Of a stretch of 64,000 nucleotides of DNA, positions 1-13,330 are shown in pieces (positions within the stretch are counted from its first letter, which is position 1; every line of letters starts with the position of its first letter). The DNA comes from Azolla caroliniana. Taxonomy: Eukaryota; Plantae; Polypodiophyta. The notes under the pieces are model-generated. The model searched no databases and was not told the origin of the DNA. It saw only the letters and a program-made list of their open reading frames with translations. The stretch is from contig JBHGNT010000012.1 in assembly GCA_043228905.1 (NCBI GenBank), positions 18,476,001 through 18,540,000 of the forward strand, in the 5' to 3' direction. The translations under genes and the position numbers were made by a program.

Positions 1-2090
1 AGAATTATCTAGATGGTTAGATTACTAATTTGCAAAAATGTAAACAATAGTGCAAACTTTTTGTACTACTTTAGGTGCATCAATTAATTGGAACAAATCA
101 GTGGGTTTTTGGGTGACATCGAATTCCACTCCACAATGATGTCCTCATCTAGATTTCCGATGGATTCTCAAGGGAAACTCAGTTAGATATTTGGGATGCC
201 AAGTAGCCTTCAAAATTTCTAGTGGGTAGAGTGATAGTAGTCAATCAAGTTCTTTTGTCTAGTCTTTGGTATATTATGTCACATTGGAGTTTTTTCAGAT
301 CATGTATGGGACAATTACAAAGATTGATCCGGAATGATTTGTGGTTTGGTAATGATGGAAATCATGCTAGGGCAAAGGTCTCATTACAACAATCCAAAGC
401 TTTGGTTGCGAAATTGGTGATTGTTACCAGGATCAGAACCTTGGAAACAATTCTTATTATACAAATTGCAAAAGTTTGTCCCCAAATTGGTGGAGATTGG
501 AGGCCCAATTTTTTATGGATTTTTATGGAACACAACAAGTTGGTTATTTGCTTGGTCTATTCTTAATTCATGGAAAGACGTTTCTCTTGATTTAGTTAAG
601 AGATTGCCAAAACAAAAACTGAATTCTATGGATGACCCTTGATTTGGAATTCGTATTTTGCTGACAATAGGGGACATATGTTGGGAAGGCATACTCGATG
701 TGCATGGGCAGAATTAGATTGCAGACCAACACAATCTATAGGTGCATGGACATCATTCCTGTCTACACCTATAGAACGATAATGCTTAATAATATAAGGG
801 GTAGAAAGACAATATATTATGCGATATAAACCACCCTGTCTAATATTTAGATGCAATTTGGATCTTCTACACATATTGGGTTTATTTACTACATTGGATT
901 TTTTCATTGGAGTAAAACCCTATATTGGGGAAGAAGTTTGTATGACCTTTGATGTACATGATGATGGTAGGTTAACTTTCACACATAAGGAAACTAATTT
1001 GTTTAGTTTTTTGTTTGCATAAAGAAGTGAGGGTGATTGCAAATGATGGATAAAATTAGGTCTTAGATCTGGATCAACAAAAGGTGAATTACTTTTGAAG
1101 GATATGGATTATGGAAAGGAGACCAATATCTAAATTAACTTGGATCTTGGAGAATTGTATTGAATGGTGTGGATTCAAGATAAGAGAAAACATGTGCCTT
1201 TTTGAAACATTATTTGAAGATTGGTAGGAAAATATTAGGTGCTAGATCATGGAAAGAACAAACCACAAATGCTTTCTAGAGACGAAGTGGACTTTCTCCA
1301 TAACATTTCAAACAAATTTGGCAATGGTTGTGGGTTATAACAATGAGTAGGAAAAATGATTGTTTTTGTTGGTTGTTGGTTCATAGAGCTATACGAATTA
1401 ATGGTTGACGAAAGGGAAATACAAGATGTGCTCTTTTTGTGTGGATCTAGTAGAGACTATTAAGCATTGTTTGTGGAGTTGTGGTTTTGTGATGGAAATA
1501 TGGAAAAGAATGATAACAATGTTAATATCACTATATCCTTGAGAAGTGTATACATGGGAAGCGGTATTATGGGCGGTGGTAAAAGATAAACCAATGGTAT
1601 ACGAACAAGAAGTGGTTGCATATGCTATTGCTATGAGACATGGTTTGATGCAAAAAACATTAATACCTTTGAATCCATAAATAGAGATTGATAAACCTGA
1701 AATATGGCAATTGGTAAGTAGTATCACAATTTGGTATATTTGGGAGGCTCTATGGTTGAAGGTATTTCAAAATGTGATTGAAAGACCTACCCAAATAATT
1801 TTTGGGATTTGGACAGAGATTGTGCATAATCTCAGAGGTTCTTTGAATAATATAAAAGGTAATATGCAACAGGCTGAGCTCGGTTGGAGTTTCATGCCAC
1901 CCGGGACATAAGCATATTTTATAGATGGATTTCTAATAAGGTAGAGTAGTTCTACTCTACACTAGAATATTTATTTAAGCCAATGGTTAGAATTTAGAAA
2001 ATGGGCTTTACTAAAAGGTACATCTTGTATGTATAGCCTTAGGGTGTTTCTTCATACTAATGTAGTATCTTTTTTTTGAAAAAAAGGAAG
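1..2090 (+). mobile_element. Decayed non-LTR retrotransposon (L1-like LINE) ORF2 remnant: RT C-terminus and zinc finger
   Basis: Broken + frames give INWNKS (~85), KGNSVRYLGCQV (~170-205), GRVIVVNQVLLSSLWY (225-272), a zf-RVT-like CSFC..ETIKHCLWSC (~1428-1483) and IWYIW (~1730). Many stops and frameshifts; ends approximate. Confidence 0.75.
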
Positions 2091-2262
2091 TAGATAATTT
2101 TTGACATAGTGCCAACTTTTGCCATATGTAAATTCGAGTAATAGGTGATGGGTAGTCTGTTGGAGCTGACAAGAAAGAGTGAATCCTTAGGTTCCTTGAG
2201 GTCACAAATGTGTTAGCTTGAGGAGATCTTTACTGTCAAGACAAAGAGAGAGAGAGAGAGAG

Positions 2263-2545
2263 CCCAGATGGATGTAACTCAGTTGGTAAGGTTGCCCAAT
2301 GGAGACCATGTGGTCATGGGTTCAACCCCTACATTCTACAGTGGCATCTAGATATATAAGAAGAGAGAGAGAGAGAGTGTGTGTGTGTGTTTGTGTGTTA
2401 AGATATAGAGACTCCCAAGACAATATGAAGTATATAATAGAAAGAAATGAGAAATTGGGTTTCGAACCCAAGATGCAATGCTTGTAGTGTTAAGAACTAC
2501 ACTAGGGTATGCTAATTACGAAAAGAAGAAGAAGAAAAAAGACTC
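2263..2545. other. Insert with two tRNA-like modules, flanked by a 27-bp direct repeat of the element C LTR end
   Basis: TCAAGACAAAG(AG)8 at 2236-2262 and 2546-2572. A-box-like TAACTCAGTTGG (2274) and B-box-like GGTTCAACCC (2319) on +; GGTTCGAAACC on - at ~2458-2468. Confidence 0.5.
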
Positions 2546-2594
2546 TCAAGACAAAGAGAGAGAGAGAGAGAGTTAAAAGGAAAGTATTGTATTG

Positions 2595-2824
2595 TGTTGG
2601 GTTCTTGCTTTGAATCCCAAAAAGCTAACTCCACTTTAGGGTTACAAGAGTATTTTTAGACAGGGGGAAAAAACCTCCTAAAGAGGGAAAAAATGCCCCT
2701 GTAGTCCTAAGTGTGTTCACACATTACTGTCCTAAATGTGTTCACACACATCACTATCCTACGTGTGTTCACACATCACTGTCCTAAGTGTGTTCACACA
2801 CATCACTACCAAAATATGTCTACA
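2595..2824 (-). repeat. 3' LTR of Copia1 with ~25-bp tandem GTCCTAAGTGTGTTCACACATCACT units
   Basis: Near-identical to 7181-7412; four imperfect units at ~2704-2808. Confidence 0.95.
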
Positions 2825-2887
2825 AATCCCCCTTGGAAGTGATGCGGTGAACAAGGAGCTGACACTCATGGTTAAACAAGTGCCAAG

Positions 2888-5800
2888 CTATGTGGATAGA
2901 GATGAATCCACAAATGGGATTAGGCCTAAAGCTTTGCGGAAAGCTTCAAATTTCTCCCTAGGCAGAGCCTTTGTGAAGAGGTCTGCAATGTTCTCCTGCG
3001 TGGGCACATAAGCCAAACTGATCTCTCCAGCGGAGAACCTTTCCCTGACATAGTGATAATGCACCTCAATGTGCTTAGTGTGAGCATGGAACACAGGGTT
3101 CCTCGCAACTGCCATTGCGCTCTGACTGTCAGTGAAGATGGTGGTGGCAGAAGACCACTCAAGTAGCAAAAGATGCGCTTAACTGCCTGCCAATGCTTAA
3201 CTCCTGGGCAATGCATAAACCTGCTCATCTGAGAGACAACAAACTGAATGTCAGGTCGGGTTATGCATAAGCAAATCAAGCATCCAACTGCTTGCTGATA
3301 GAGAACAACATCAAATGCATCTCCAGCATCATGAAGGCTCAAACGTAAACCTGTCTCCATGAGAGTGGCAGTAGGTTTACAGTCTTCAAGGCCAAAACAT
3401 TGTAATAATGTGTCGATGTATTTCGATTGACACAAAGCTATTCCACCATCAACTTGCATGAATTGAATGCCCAAATAATGATGTAAATGCCCCAAATCTG
3501 ACATCTCAAAGGAGGCATGCAAATCAGCCTTAAAGTCACCAATATGCTTCTCATTGGGACCAGTGAGCAACATATCATCGACATACACAACCATGATCAG
3601 AAATACATCATCAGCATGCTTAACATATAAGGTGGTTTTAGTTGGACTATTCTCAAACCCAAACGCAATCAAATAGGCATGTATCTTTTCATACCAAGAA
3701 CGCGGTGCTTGCTTCAAGCCATATAATGCCTTTCGCAACCTAAACACTTTGTGTTCATGCCCTTTTTGCACAAAACCATGGGGTTGGGATACATACACTT
3801 CTTCATGAAGATCACCATTTAAAAATGTTGTTTTAATGTCCAACTAATGTAAATTCCAACCACGATGAGCCGCAATTGTACAAATGCTACGAACAATAGT
3901 CATACGACAGGTCTCATCAAAATCAATGCCTTTTTCTTGGGCATAACCTTTCACAACAAGCCTAGCCTTATACCTGTCAATTGTTCCATCAGGTTTACAC
4001 TTTAGTTTATATACCCACTTAGTGCCAATAGCCTTCTTGCCAGGAGGCAAGTCACATAAAGACCATGTACCAGTCTTCATAATAGCCTCATATTCTGATT
4101 GCATAACATCCATCCAATTTTCTGAATTTTGTGCTTCATCAAAAGAAACATGCTCACTCTCATTGCAAAGACTAGAGGTAGCCATTGCATAACAATATGA
4201 TGCAAAAGAAGCACTATGATAACTTGAACGAGTACGGTATGGCAAAGGAAAATCCAATTTACTGTCTTGTAAAGTCTGCAACAACCATCTAGACAGTCTT
4301 TGCCTCCTCTATATCAGCCCTCTCATTAATAAGTGCATCATGTAAGTCACATCAGAAATAGAATGATCTGCATCAGAAATGGAATGATCTGCATCATTAT
4401 GAGTAGCTTCCAAAGGCTAAGAAGGTGCCTCAAGTGGGTCAACACTAAATTGTCCACTTGTAAACAGAGGCAACAAAGTGTCATACACATCTTTGGAGCT
4501 AACTGATGTCTCCTTCGTACATGAAAGAAGTGGTTGAATTGCATCCTCCACAAAAACAACATCACGGCTAACCAAAATGTGTTTAGATTGTGGATGATAC
4601 AAATGATAGCCTTTACTTTCAAAACTATATCCTACAAAAATACATTTCACTGCTTTATCATCCAATTTTTTGCGTTGTTGTTTAGGCACTAATGCATATG
4701 CCAAACAACAAAAAACACGCAGATGAGCAACAGATGAATTTTGGCCATGCCAAGCTTCATATGGAGTGATAGAGTGCAATGCTTTAGTGGGACACCTGTT
4801 AAGTATAGATGTTGCACACATGACAGCCTCAAGCCAGAAACTATGTGGTAAGGCCTAACTTTTGACCATACACCTCACCATTTCCATGAGTGACCTGTTC
4901 TTTCTTTCAATAACTCTATTTTGTTGAGGTGTATACGACATTGTACACTGATGTTTTATCCCATGTTCAGCCAAAAATGCATTAAACTCAGAAGACATAT
5001 ACTCCCCCCCTCGATTAGAACGGAGGGTGCCCATTTTACATGAGGACAAATTCTCAGCCAAAGCTAGAAATTGTTTGAAGCACAGAAACACTTCGGACTT
5101 TGCCTTCAATGGATATACCCATGCATGCCTAGAAAAGTCATCAATGAAAGTCACAAAATAAAGATAGTTCCCAAGAGAATGTGTCTACATAGGACCACAG
5201 ACATCGCTATGAACAAGCTGCAATTTCTGCGTAGCTCGAACTAAAACATCTTTTGGAAAGGATGAACGATGCATTTTGCCCAAAATGCAGTCTTCACAAA
5301 CATGCTTCCGAGGTGCCTCAAGTTTGGGCAAGGAGGACACCATTTTAGATTTCTCCAAGCGAAGCAAACTTGCAAAATTTAGATGACCAAAGCGTGCATG
5401 CCAAATCTTTGCATCTGAAATAGCCTGAGAATCCTATATTGCCTAGGCTGAATCATTTATAGATCGTTCATAATCTACGAGCTTATACAACCCACGACAT
5501 AAAATGCCAGAAGCAATAATAACATCCCCATTGGACAGATCATGAATTGTACATCTATCATCAACAAATTTAACAACCAAGCCAACCTTGGCTAATGCTG
5601 AAACCGACAACAGATTTTTCTTGATCCCTGGCACAAACAAAGCATCTGACAAGATGAAAGGACTACCATCAACAGTAGTCAAAATGATCTTACCAACACC
5701 TATAACTGGATAAGATGAGTTGTTGGCGCATGTGACAGTATTCCCTATAGGGGTAGGCTCCAATGAAGTCAAGAAATTGCGTTGCGAGGTAATATGTTTG

Positions 5801-6820
5801 GTTGTCCCATTGTCGAAGTACCAAACATTTGATTGTACAACATACATACATTGTTCAGGTGAAGATAGGTCAAAACTACAAACAATAGTAAATGCCCATT
5901 CTTCATTCTGCACAAGATTTGAAGACTTTGTTTTTGGTGTAGAAACTTCTGCAACAACGAGTCCTGCCTCTTTTTTCTTTGCCTCTTTTGCAGCCAATTT
6001 TGGACAATTCTTTATAATATGATCAATTCCTTTACAATATTTGCAAAATAGTTTTTGTTTCTGCTCTTGTTTTTTTTCATTCACTTGTGAATTATTGGCA
6101 AATCTTTGCTTGCTAGCAAAAGAGTTCCATTTACCTTTGCCCTTCTGACTAGCTAGGAAAGCTTGATCTGCAACACACATAATAGACCTATTTTAACTAG
6201 ACTGATCTTCCTATAACAAAACAGAGACTAGCTCCTCAAATGATAAGGCATTGGGATTGCCTTTCATCATTAAACGAAGAGTAGAAGCAAAAGTCTGATA
6301 TGAATCAGGAAGACCATTTAGAATGGTCTGCACAAGTGAACTATCTGATATCATTTCATCAGCAGAAATTAATTGTTCCTTTAAATCTTTGATTTTTGTA
6401 AGAAAATTGTCCATAGAATCACCTTCATTCATGTGCTCGCTCTCCAATTGTTTTCGGAGATAAGCAACACGAGCCTCATTTCTTGCTTGGTACAAAGTGG
6501 TAAGAGTATCCCAAGCATCCTTTGCTGTCTTACAAGAGCGAATATGGGGAATAATGGCACGTTTCACAGACAAAGCTATCAAAGCATGTGCATGCACATC
6601 TCTGCCATCCCAATGAAGTTGCTCTGCAGTTGGTACAATAGAAACTGTAGCATGGGCATGAGAAGGATGATCAACATCCTCAACAAAATCAGTACCATCA
6701 ACATTTGTGTTCTCAACAACAAGACATTTTTCAGCCCCTTTGCTACCAATACATGGCGTATCATATAAGCCCAAAGAGGGTAATTTGCTCCATCCAGTTT
6801 ATCCTCAACAACAAGCATTC
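2888..6820 (-). pseudogene. Copia1 gag-pol polyprotein, fragmented
   Basis: Gag (6211-6818), CKYCKGIDHIIKNC knuckle, protease WYFDNGTTKH, integrase VHSDVCGPM and [29 protein letters not shown], RNase [13 protein letters not shown]. Many stops; the N-terminal half of RNase H is deleted near 3155. Confidence 0.93.
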
Positions 6821-7180
6821 AAAATACATTGTTGTTCTCAGCCCTGGCCGTGGACTAAACACGTTTTGATGTAAAAAATGGACTGCTGAAGGGAATAACG
6901 TACCTCTTTGACTTGAAAGATGAACAAGTGACGAGAAAAGGGAAGCAAATCTGATTTCTGAGGGCTATATTAATGTCTTGGAAGACTCAAGGAGTCTTTT
7001 TCTAGGATTGAATCGACTTGGAAGCAGAAAAAAAACACAACTGAAACCGCGCAGAGAAAGAAAACATGCAAAAATTTGTTTTTTCAACAGCAGAAAATGC
7101 CACCACAGATGGCACAGACGAACTATGCATGAGAGCCGTTGTGTTGCTGCTCAAATGTTGCTTTGTAGCTCTAATACCAC

Positions 7181-7412
7181 TGTTGGGTTCTTGCTTTGAA
7201 TCCCAAAAAGCTAACTCCACTTTAGGGTTACAAGAGTATTTTTAGACAGGGGGGAAAAACCTCCTAAAGAGGGAAAAAATGCCCCTGTAGTCCTAAGTGT
7301 GTTCACACATTATTGTCCTAAATGTGTTCACACACATCACTATCCTAAGTGTATTCACACATCACTGTCCTAAGTGTGTGTTCACACACATCACTACCAA
7401 AATATGTCAACA
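7181..7412 (-). repeat. 5' LTR of Copia1
   Basis: Direct repeat of 2595-2824, adjacent to the PBS. Confidence 0.95.
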
Positions 7413-7772
7413 TATTGCACTATAAAATGGATTACAAAGAGTAGGCAATAGGGAGCTATAGAATGGCGTTGAACCAATTTGGTTTTGGGATGATTAAGAG
7501 ATCCCTAGTTATAAGTCCCTATAGAGTATTCTAGAAGGTTCTAGAATATAGAGGAATCTAGAATCTTATAGAGTATTCTAGAAGGTTCTAGTATATTGAA
7601 CAATCTAGAATATTCTAGGACATTCTAGAATGTAGAGTAATCTAGAATATTCTTATGATATTAAATTATATATTCTAAAAACTATATATATAAGCATATC
7701 ATTACAATGGATTTGACATGTGTATAACAAGGTTGTGGGTTCAAATCCTTTCCAGACATCATGTGAGTGTCA

Positions 7773-10700
7773 TCATGACACTATCCCCCTTCTTCGACGA
7801 CACGTATTACGGGCCGTATGGTTTGTACTAGGACCTGGTTTACGAGGATATTGGCGATGAAATGCGGTGACCATGTTCGTGGCATTGGCAAGATTTACTA
7901 CAGGTTCCCAAGTTCGATCATTGGGGGTATAGCCTAACCAATCAACCAAGTAATACAACTTGTGCACGATTTTAGAATCGAGAATGGCAGCAACCTCAAA
8001 TTCGGGTCCGTCCGTCCAAGAACTCAACAGGTGGGGGGGGGATTGTAAGATGACCTTAAATTGAATTGCTAGTGTAAGGTTCCAAAAGGAATACATGAAA
8101 TATCGGATGAAGACGCATGTGTGGAGGGAGGCCAAGACGAAATGCAACATCACTTATCTTACCAGTGATCATATACGGGCCAAAATGTTGGTAATCCAAT
8201 TTACTGCAAGGCCTAGTGGTCTTGATGGCGTGTTGGAGAAACCATACACGATCCCCAATACGAAACTTTTTGGAGGAGTCTAGGCGATGCCGATCTGTAA
8301 GCCTCTTGTATGTAACTTGAGCATCATGCAAATTGTAGAGAATGGTAGTGTGAATTTTTTGGAGGCAACTAAGACGATCCTCCGCAACAGGGTTGGTAGG
8401 CACTTCTGGATGCGCATTCATCATCCACGGAGGATGACATCCTGTATTGGCGAAAAATGAGGAATATCCCGTAGAAGAATGGACTGAGTTGTTGTAAGCG
8501 AATTCAGCCAAGTGCAAAAAGTCAACCCAATCATCTTGTTGGTAGTTGATGAAACAATGAAGATATTGCTCTAAAGTTTGGTTGGTATGCTCACTTTGGC
8601 CATTAGTCTCAGGATGATAGCCTAAAGAAAGCTTAACCAAAAGTCAGAGAGGTTTGGACATGTGCTTCCAAAACTTTGAAATGAATTGTGGACCACGAAC
8701 ACTAATAATATCATTTGGAAGACCATGATGCCTAAATACCTCCCGTATAACTAGATTGACCACCTCTTGACTAGTAATAGGCTTTGTACATGGCAAGAAA
8801 TGTGCCATTTTGGTAAGTCGATCGACCACCGTGAGAATTGCATCAAAACCTTTTGAAACTGGGAGATCGGTAATGAAATCCAAGGATATAGACTTCCAAG
8901 GATTTTCAGGAATGGGAAGTGGTTGTAGTAAGCCGTAGGATCGGTGTCGAGGATTCTTTGATCGACAACATGTATCATAAATGTGAACATACTCCTGAAC
9001 AAAATGACGAAGGTGAGGTCACCAATATTGCCGAGAAACTAATTCTAGAGTTTTCAGAACTCCAAAATGTCTAGCCATTGGTATGTCATGGCAATGTTGT
9101 AAAACTTGTAATTGTGGGGGACCATCAGGAACATATAATAGGTTTTGTCGAAATAGAAACACATCGTGCCAATAGAACTGATGATAGTCATGACAAGGGT
9201 TTTTCGACTGCGAGCAAGAAGCACAATCGGGGATGATATGATCCAAAACATCATTGGCGAATTCATCTGTGCTCATATGATCTCGAATGGAATCACGAAG
9301 AGTGGAATCTTCAAGTGTTGTTATGGCATTAGCTACCATTAATCGTAGATGATTAGGACCCAAAAGGATTTGTTTTTTATGCTCAAATGCAGGTTCCCCT
9401 AGACGAAGTTCCATATAAGAGCGTCGAGCAAGAGCATCTGCTTTGCCTTGTTGCATCCTAGGGCGATAGATGATTACAAAGTCAAAGTGAGTCAAAATTT
9501 GCGCCCATCGGGCTTGACGTTGATGCAAGGCTCTAGCATTTTGGAAATATGTCAGGTTCTTATGATCGTTATAGACAATGATTTGCTGAGAAGAACCTTC
9601 TAGAAAATGTTGCCATTGTTGAAAAGAATCCACAATTGCAAGAAGTTCTTTGTCGTGGATCTCGTAGTTGATCTCTGCAGCTTCAAACTTTCAGGAATGA
9701 AAGGCAACATGATGTAGTTGTCCATCATCTCTAGTCTGTGATAGGACACTCCCTAGTGCAAAGTTAGATGCATCAACTTCAAGGATGAAGCGTTTTGTTG
9801 GGTCGACATGTGCTAAAATCAATGCCGTTGTAAACGCTCGCTTTAAACTTTCAAATGCCTCGGCTGCATCGGAACTCCATATGAATGGTTGATTTTTGTG
9901 TGTGAGTTGAGTGAGTGGAAGCATGAACTTCGAATCATTTTTAATAAATTTCCGATAAAAATTTGCAAACCCAAGAAAACATTGCACACATTGCACATCG
10001 CGCACTGAAAAGGACGTCTACCAATCCAAATTAGCTTGAACCTTCATGGTGATACAATATACCCCAAAAATTCCACTTGATTCTGGCCGAAACTACACTT
10101 TTCTAATCTTGCGTAGAGACCATATTCTCGTAGTCGACGTAGTACCTGACAAACATGTTTATCATGCTCCTCTTGGGTCTTCGAGTAGATCAAAATGTCA
10201 TCTAGGTAAACTGTAGTGAAGATATCGAGAAAATCTCGAAAAATATCATTCGCCATATGTTGGAAAAGTACAGGTGCATTCATGAGACCAAATGGCATCA
10301 CAATATACTCGAAATTTCCATAGCGAGTGTGAAAAGCAGTTTTCCATTCATCCCCTGAACAAATCCGAACTAGATTATATGCACCGCGAAGGTCCAACTT
10401 CGTGAAATATTTTGTTCCACTGAGACATTCCAAAATATTCGGGATTAATGGTAGATCATATCTATTCTGGATAGCGGCGGCATATGCTTCACCCTAATTG
10501 ATAATCAATCGAGTTTTCTTTTAAGTGGACGACATTCATAGCTTTACCTCTTAATAGAGGCACGTCGATCTTTGGTTGAATCTTTGGATCTCAAAAACCC
10601 ATTTCGTGAAATTCCCCTCTAGCTCAAGAAACGAGGTCATATATGGTTTTACTTTCCTCTTAGCCATCGGGTCTTATGGGTCCTACGTTACTACAGGGAC

Positions 10701-11670
10701 CATTCTCTCGACGATTTCTCAATTGTTTTAGCCTTGACCCCTGCAGCTCAAGCTGACCCTGCGCACTTTATTTAACCCTCGATAATCCACGACCAAGCGA
10801 AGAGACCCATTCTTTTTCTTAACAAAGAAGATAGGTGCACCAACAGGGGATCTACAATGCCGAATGAATTTGTTTGCCAAATTCTCGTCGATATATTCCC
10901 GCAAAGTCTCTAGCTCTACAGGTGAGAGATTATAAATCAGCCCCCATGGAGGTTCTTTTCCTAGTTGTAAGTCAATAGGGTAGTTGTATGGCCAATGCTC
11001 CGACAATGTATTAGCCTTCACCTTATCAAAGACATCTGCAAACTCTTTGTATTTCTCTGGTAGTTTAACGTTTGCTTCATGTAAGGTGGATGATGGAGGT
11101 GCGACTATTGCGAATATGAACATGTCCTTGTTCCCCCCTTCCTCACGTAACTGATGTAGAGATATGGTCGATAACTTATGGGATCCAATATCTCATGTCG
11201 GAGATTCTTGGGTCTCCTCAATTGTTCTTTTCATCCAATCAATCTTTAGGTTATGGAGTTCAAACCAAGGGAGACCTAGAACTATTGGGTGTTCTGGACT
11301 ACGAATAATGTTGAAAGAGATTATGCTTGCCAAACCGCCAAAAACTATACAAATTGGCTCGGACTCCTCGACTATATCACCTAATGCTATGGGACAGCCA
11401 TCAATGATTCCTACGGCTACTGGGTTCGGGAGCTTATTCAAGAGGATGTTTTGGGACAATGCAAACTCACGATCCATGAAACAAGAGTTGGCTCCAGAAT
11501 CTAGGAGGGTAGAGGTTGGGACTTAATGACATGTAGATGTGGTAAGCTCAACTTGTGCAGAAAGAACTCTACTAACTTGATTTGATGAAATGGAACCACG
11601 ATTAGGAACTAGCTCTACATATCTAGGATGGTTCAACCAAATGGCTCCTATTTTTGTCGGAATTACTCGT
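7773..11670 (-). pseudogene. Element C pol (PR-RT-RNase H-IN-chromodomain), fragmented
   Basis: LLDSGANSCFMD, KLDLRGAYNLVRI, YLDDILIYS, DASNFALG, MDFITDLP, chromodomain EFEVAAILDS..YYLVDWLGY..TWEP. Collinear with B pol. Confidence 0.93.
10477..10764. other. Unidentified ~288-bp insertion in the RT of element C
   Basis: Interrupts ..RGLNKV / AIQNRYDLPLIP..; no counterpart in A or B. Confidence 0.7.
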
Positions 11671-12710
11671 TTAACACATCCTCTAATTGTCTCAAAGTCA
11701 AGACATCGAATATATTCTCATGGCATGGGCCATTAGGCTTACTTATGTTATTAGAAGTAATAATGGAACTTGTAGTAAGGTTGTCATGTGCACTTACTTG
11801 GTATACTTGACGTTTAGGTTTATGTGGACAATTCACGGCTATATGTCTTGGACCGCCACAATATAGGCATAGGCGGTGCACTCGACATCGTTGCTTCTCA
11901 TCATCTGATAAAGGCCCTCGATGTTGTGTTGACTCTATTTCCATCGGAGTTAGGCCATCCTTTGCAATGGGTCTGGAAACTTGTGGATGCGTTGCAACTA
12001 TGAAAGCGTACATCTGTTCCGGTTGGCGGCGTAACATTTGTTGGCACTCAGAACAATGCTCAAATAGGCGATTATCACATCATCGATTAATGGCCTATGT
12101 AAGAGACTTCGGATCTTCATGGAAAGTAAGAAGAATATCATTGACATCATTACACAAACCTTGACGGAATTGATCCATTAAGGCCGCCTCATCCCAAGGG
12201 ATATCGCATGCCAAGAGACGGAAATCAGTTGCGTAAGCCGACACAGGACGATCTCCTTGTCGAAGCCTTCGAATCTTGTTTATCACCATCCTAGTGCTTT
12301 CGATGTCTCTGAAACTAGCTTGAAACTCCTTAACAAACGCCTCAAATTCCTCCAGCAACGGTGATTTCTTCTCGAGAAGTGGTGCAAACCATGCTAATGT
12401 CGTTTCATATAGCTCGGTTCCCACTAATCCCACACGAGCAACGTCAGTTGGGTACCGATTAGGATGTAACTGAATAACCTGAAACAGACTTGATTCAAAA
12501 AGCCTCGAAATAAAGACCTCGTACCATCAAACTTGGCAGGGAGGCTAATCTTTGGTTCTCTAGGGGGAGTTTTGAGCCCCCAACACTTGTTCTTGTAATG
12601 ACAATATAGTAGCCTCGAGTTGGTGAACATGTTGCGGCAACTCTTCATATTGTTGAGCTTTTTCGGTACTCACTTGTTGTAGGTCCCCACGTAGCCTTTG
12701 ATTTTCATGG
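11663..12710 (-). pseudogene. Element C gag, main part (N-terminus at 51791-51875)
   Basis: EPKISLPAKFDGTRS, RLRQGDRP, LCLYCGGPRHIAVNCP; homologous to A and B gag. Confidence 0.9.
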
Positions 12711-13101
12711 TGTAAAGAAACAAGAGATGGATTCTATGCAGCGGAATAGATATGAATTGTGTTTGTGTATGAGAGAGAGAGAGAGAGTGAGAGAGACAAG
12801 GAGTAAGGCACAGAGAATACGCAAGGTAAAGTATATTAACAAAGGAGAAAGACTCAACATTATACAAGGTGGGAGGAGGGTGCTTTATATAGTCACCCTC
12901 TCTCTTCATTAACTACAAGACTCATGGAGCATGGGGAATGTGAAAGCTCATAAGTTATGTGTCATAGAATATGATTCTATGACTCATACTAAATGCTAGA
13001 ATACAAAGTGGTGACATAATGGTGACTCTTGACCGTCGGAGTGTCTATTCAATCTCAAGGTGAGTTCACACACTAGACCAAGTTGAGCTTGATTCTCAAC
13101 A
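12711..13101 (-). repeat. 3' LTR of Copia2
   Basis: TGTAAAG...CTCAACA; matches 51404-51790. Confidence 0.95.
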
Positions 13102-13330
13102 CACCCCCTCAAGCTCAAGTTGGGTTGGTTTCAGATGGTATCTGAAATCCGCTTCGACTCGCGTTCCGTAGTCCGCGTCGACTCACATTTATGCGGAGTT
13201 GCGGAATTCGTGCTCCAGCTTGTGTTGTGCGTAGTTGCGAAGGCTGTGCTTTGGCTTGTGTCTTTCTTCGCGGCTTTGCACGGTAGATCGGCTCTTCGCA
13301 GCTTCGTTGTGTAGTTGTGGAATCCACGCG

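Larger units (their letters stand above)
2595..7412 (-). mobile_element. Copia1: degenerate Ty1/Copia element
   Basis: LTRs 2595-2824 and 7181-7412 (TG...CA). TSD TATTG at 2590-2594 and 7413-7417. PBS TGGTATTAGAGC (tRNA-iMet-like, - strand, 7168-7179). PPT complement AATCCCCCTT at 2825. Confidence 0.95.
2544..7780 (-). repeat. 3' LTR of element C, split by Copia1
   Basis: 2544-2594 plus 7418-7780 match 51958-52298; ends ...CATGACA next to the PPT; TTCTAGAA-rich. The true start may be the TGTCAAG at 2234. Confidence 0.85.

Noticed and set aside
2263-2340. Functional tRNA gene (also considered for the LTR modules)
   Set aside because: A and B boxes are present, but I could not form acceptor or anticodon stems, so these are reported only as tRNA-like.
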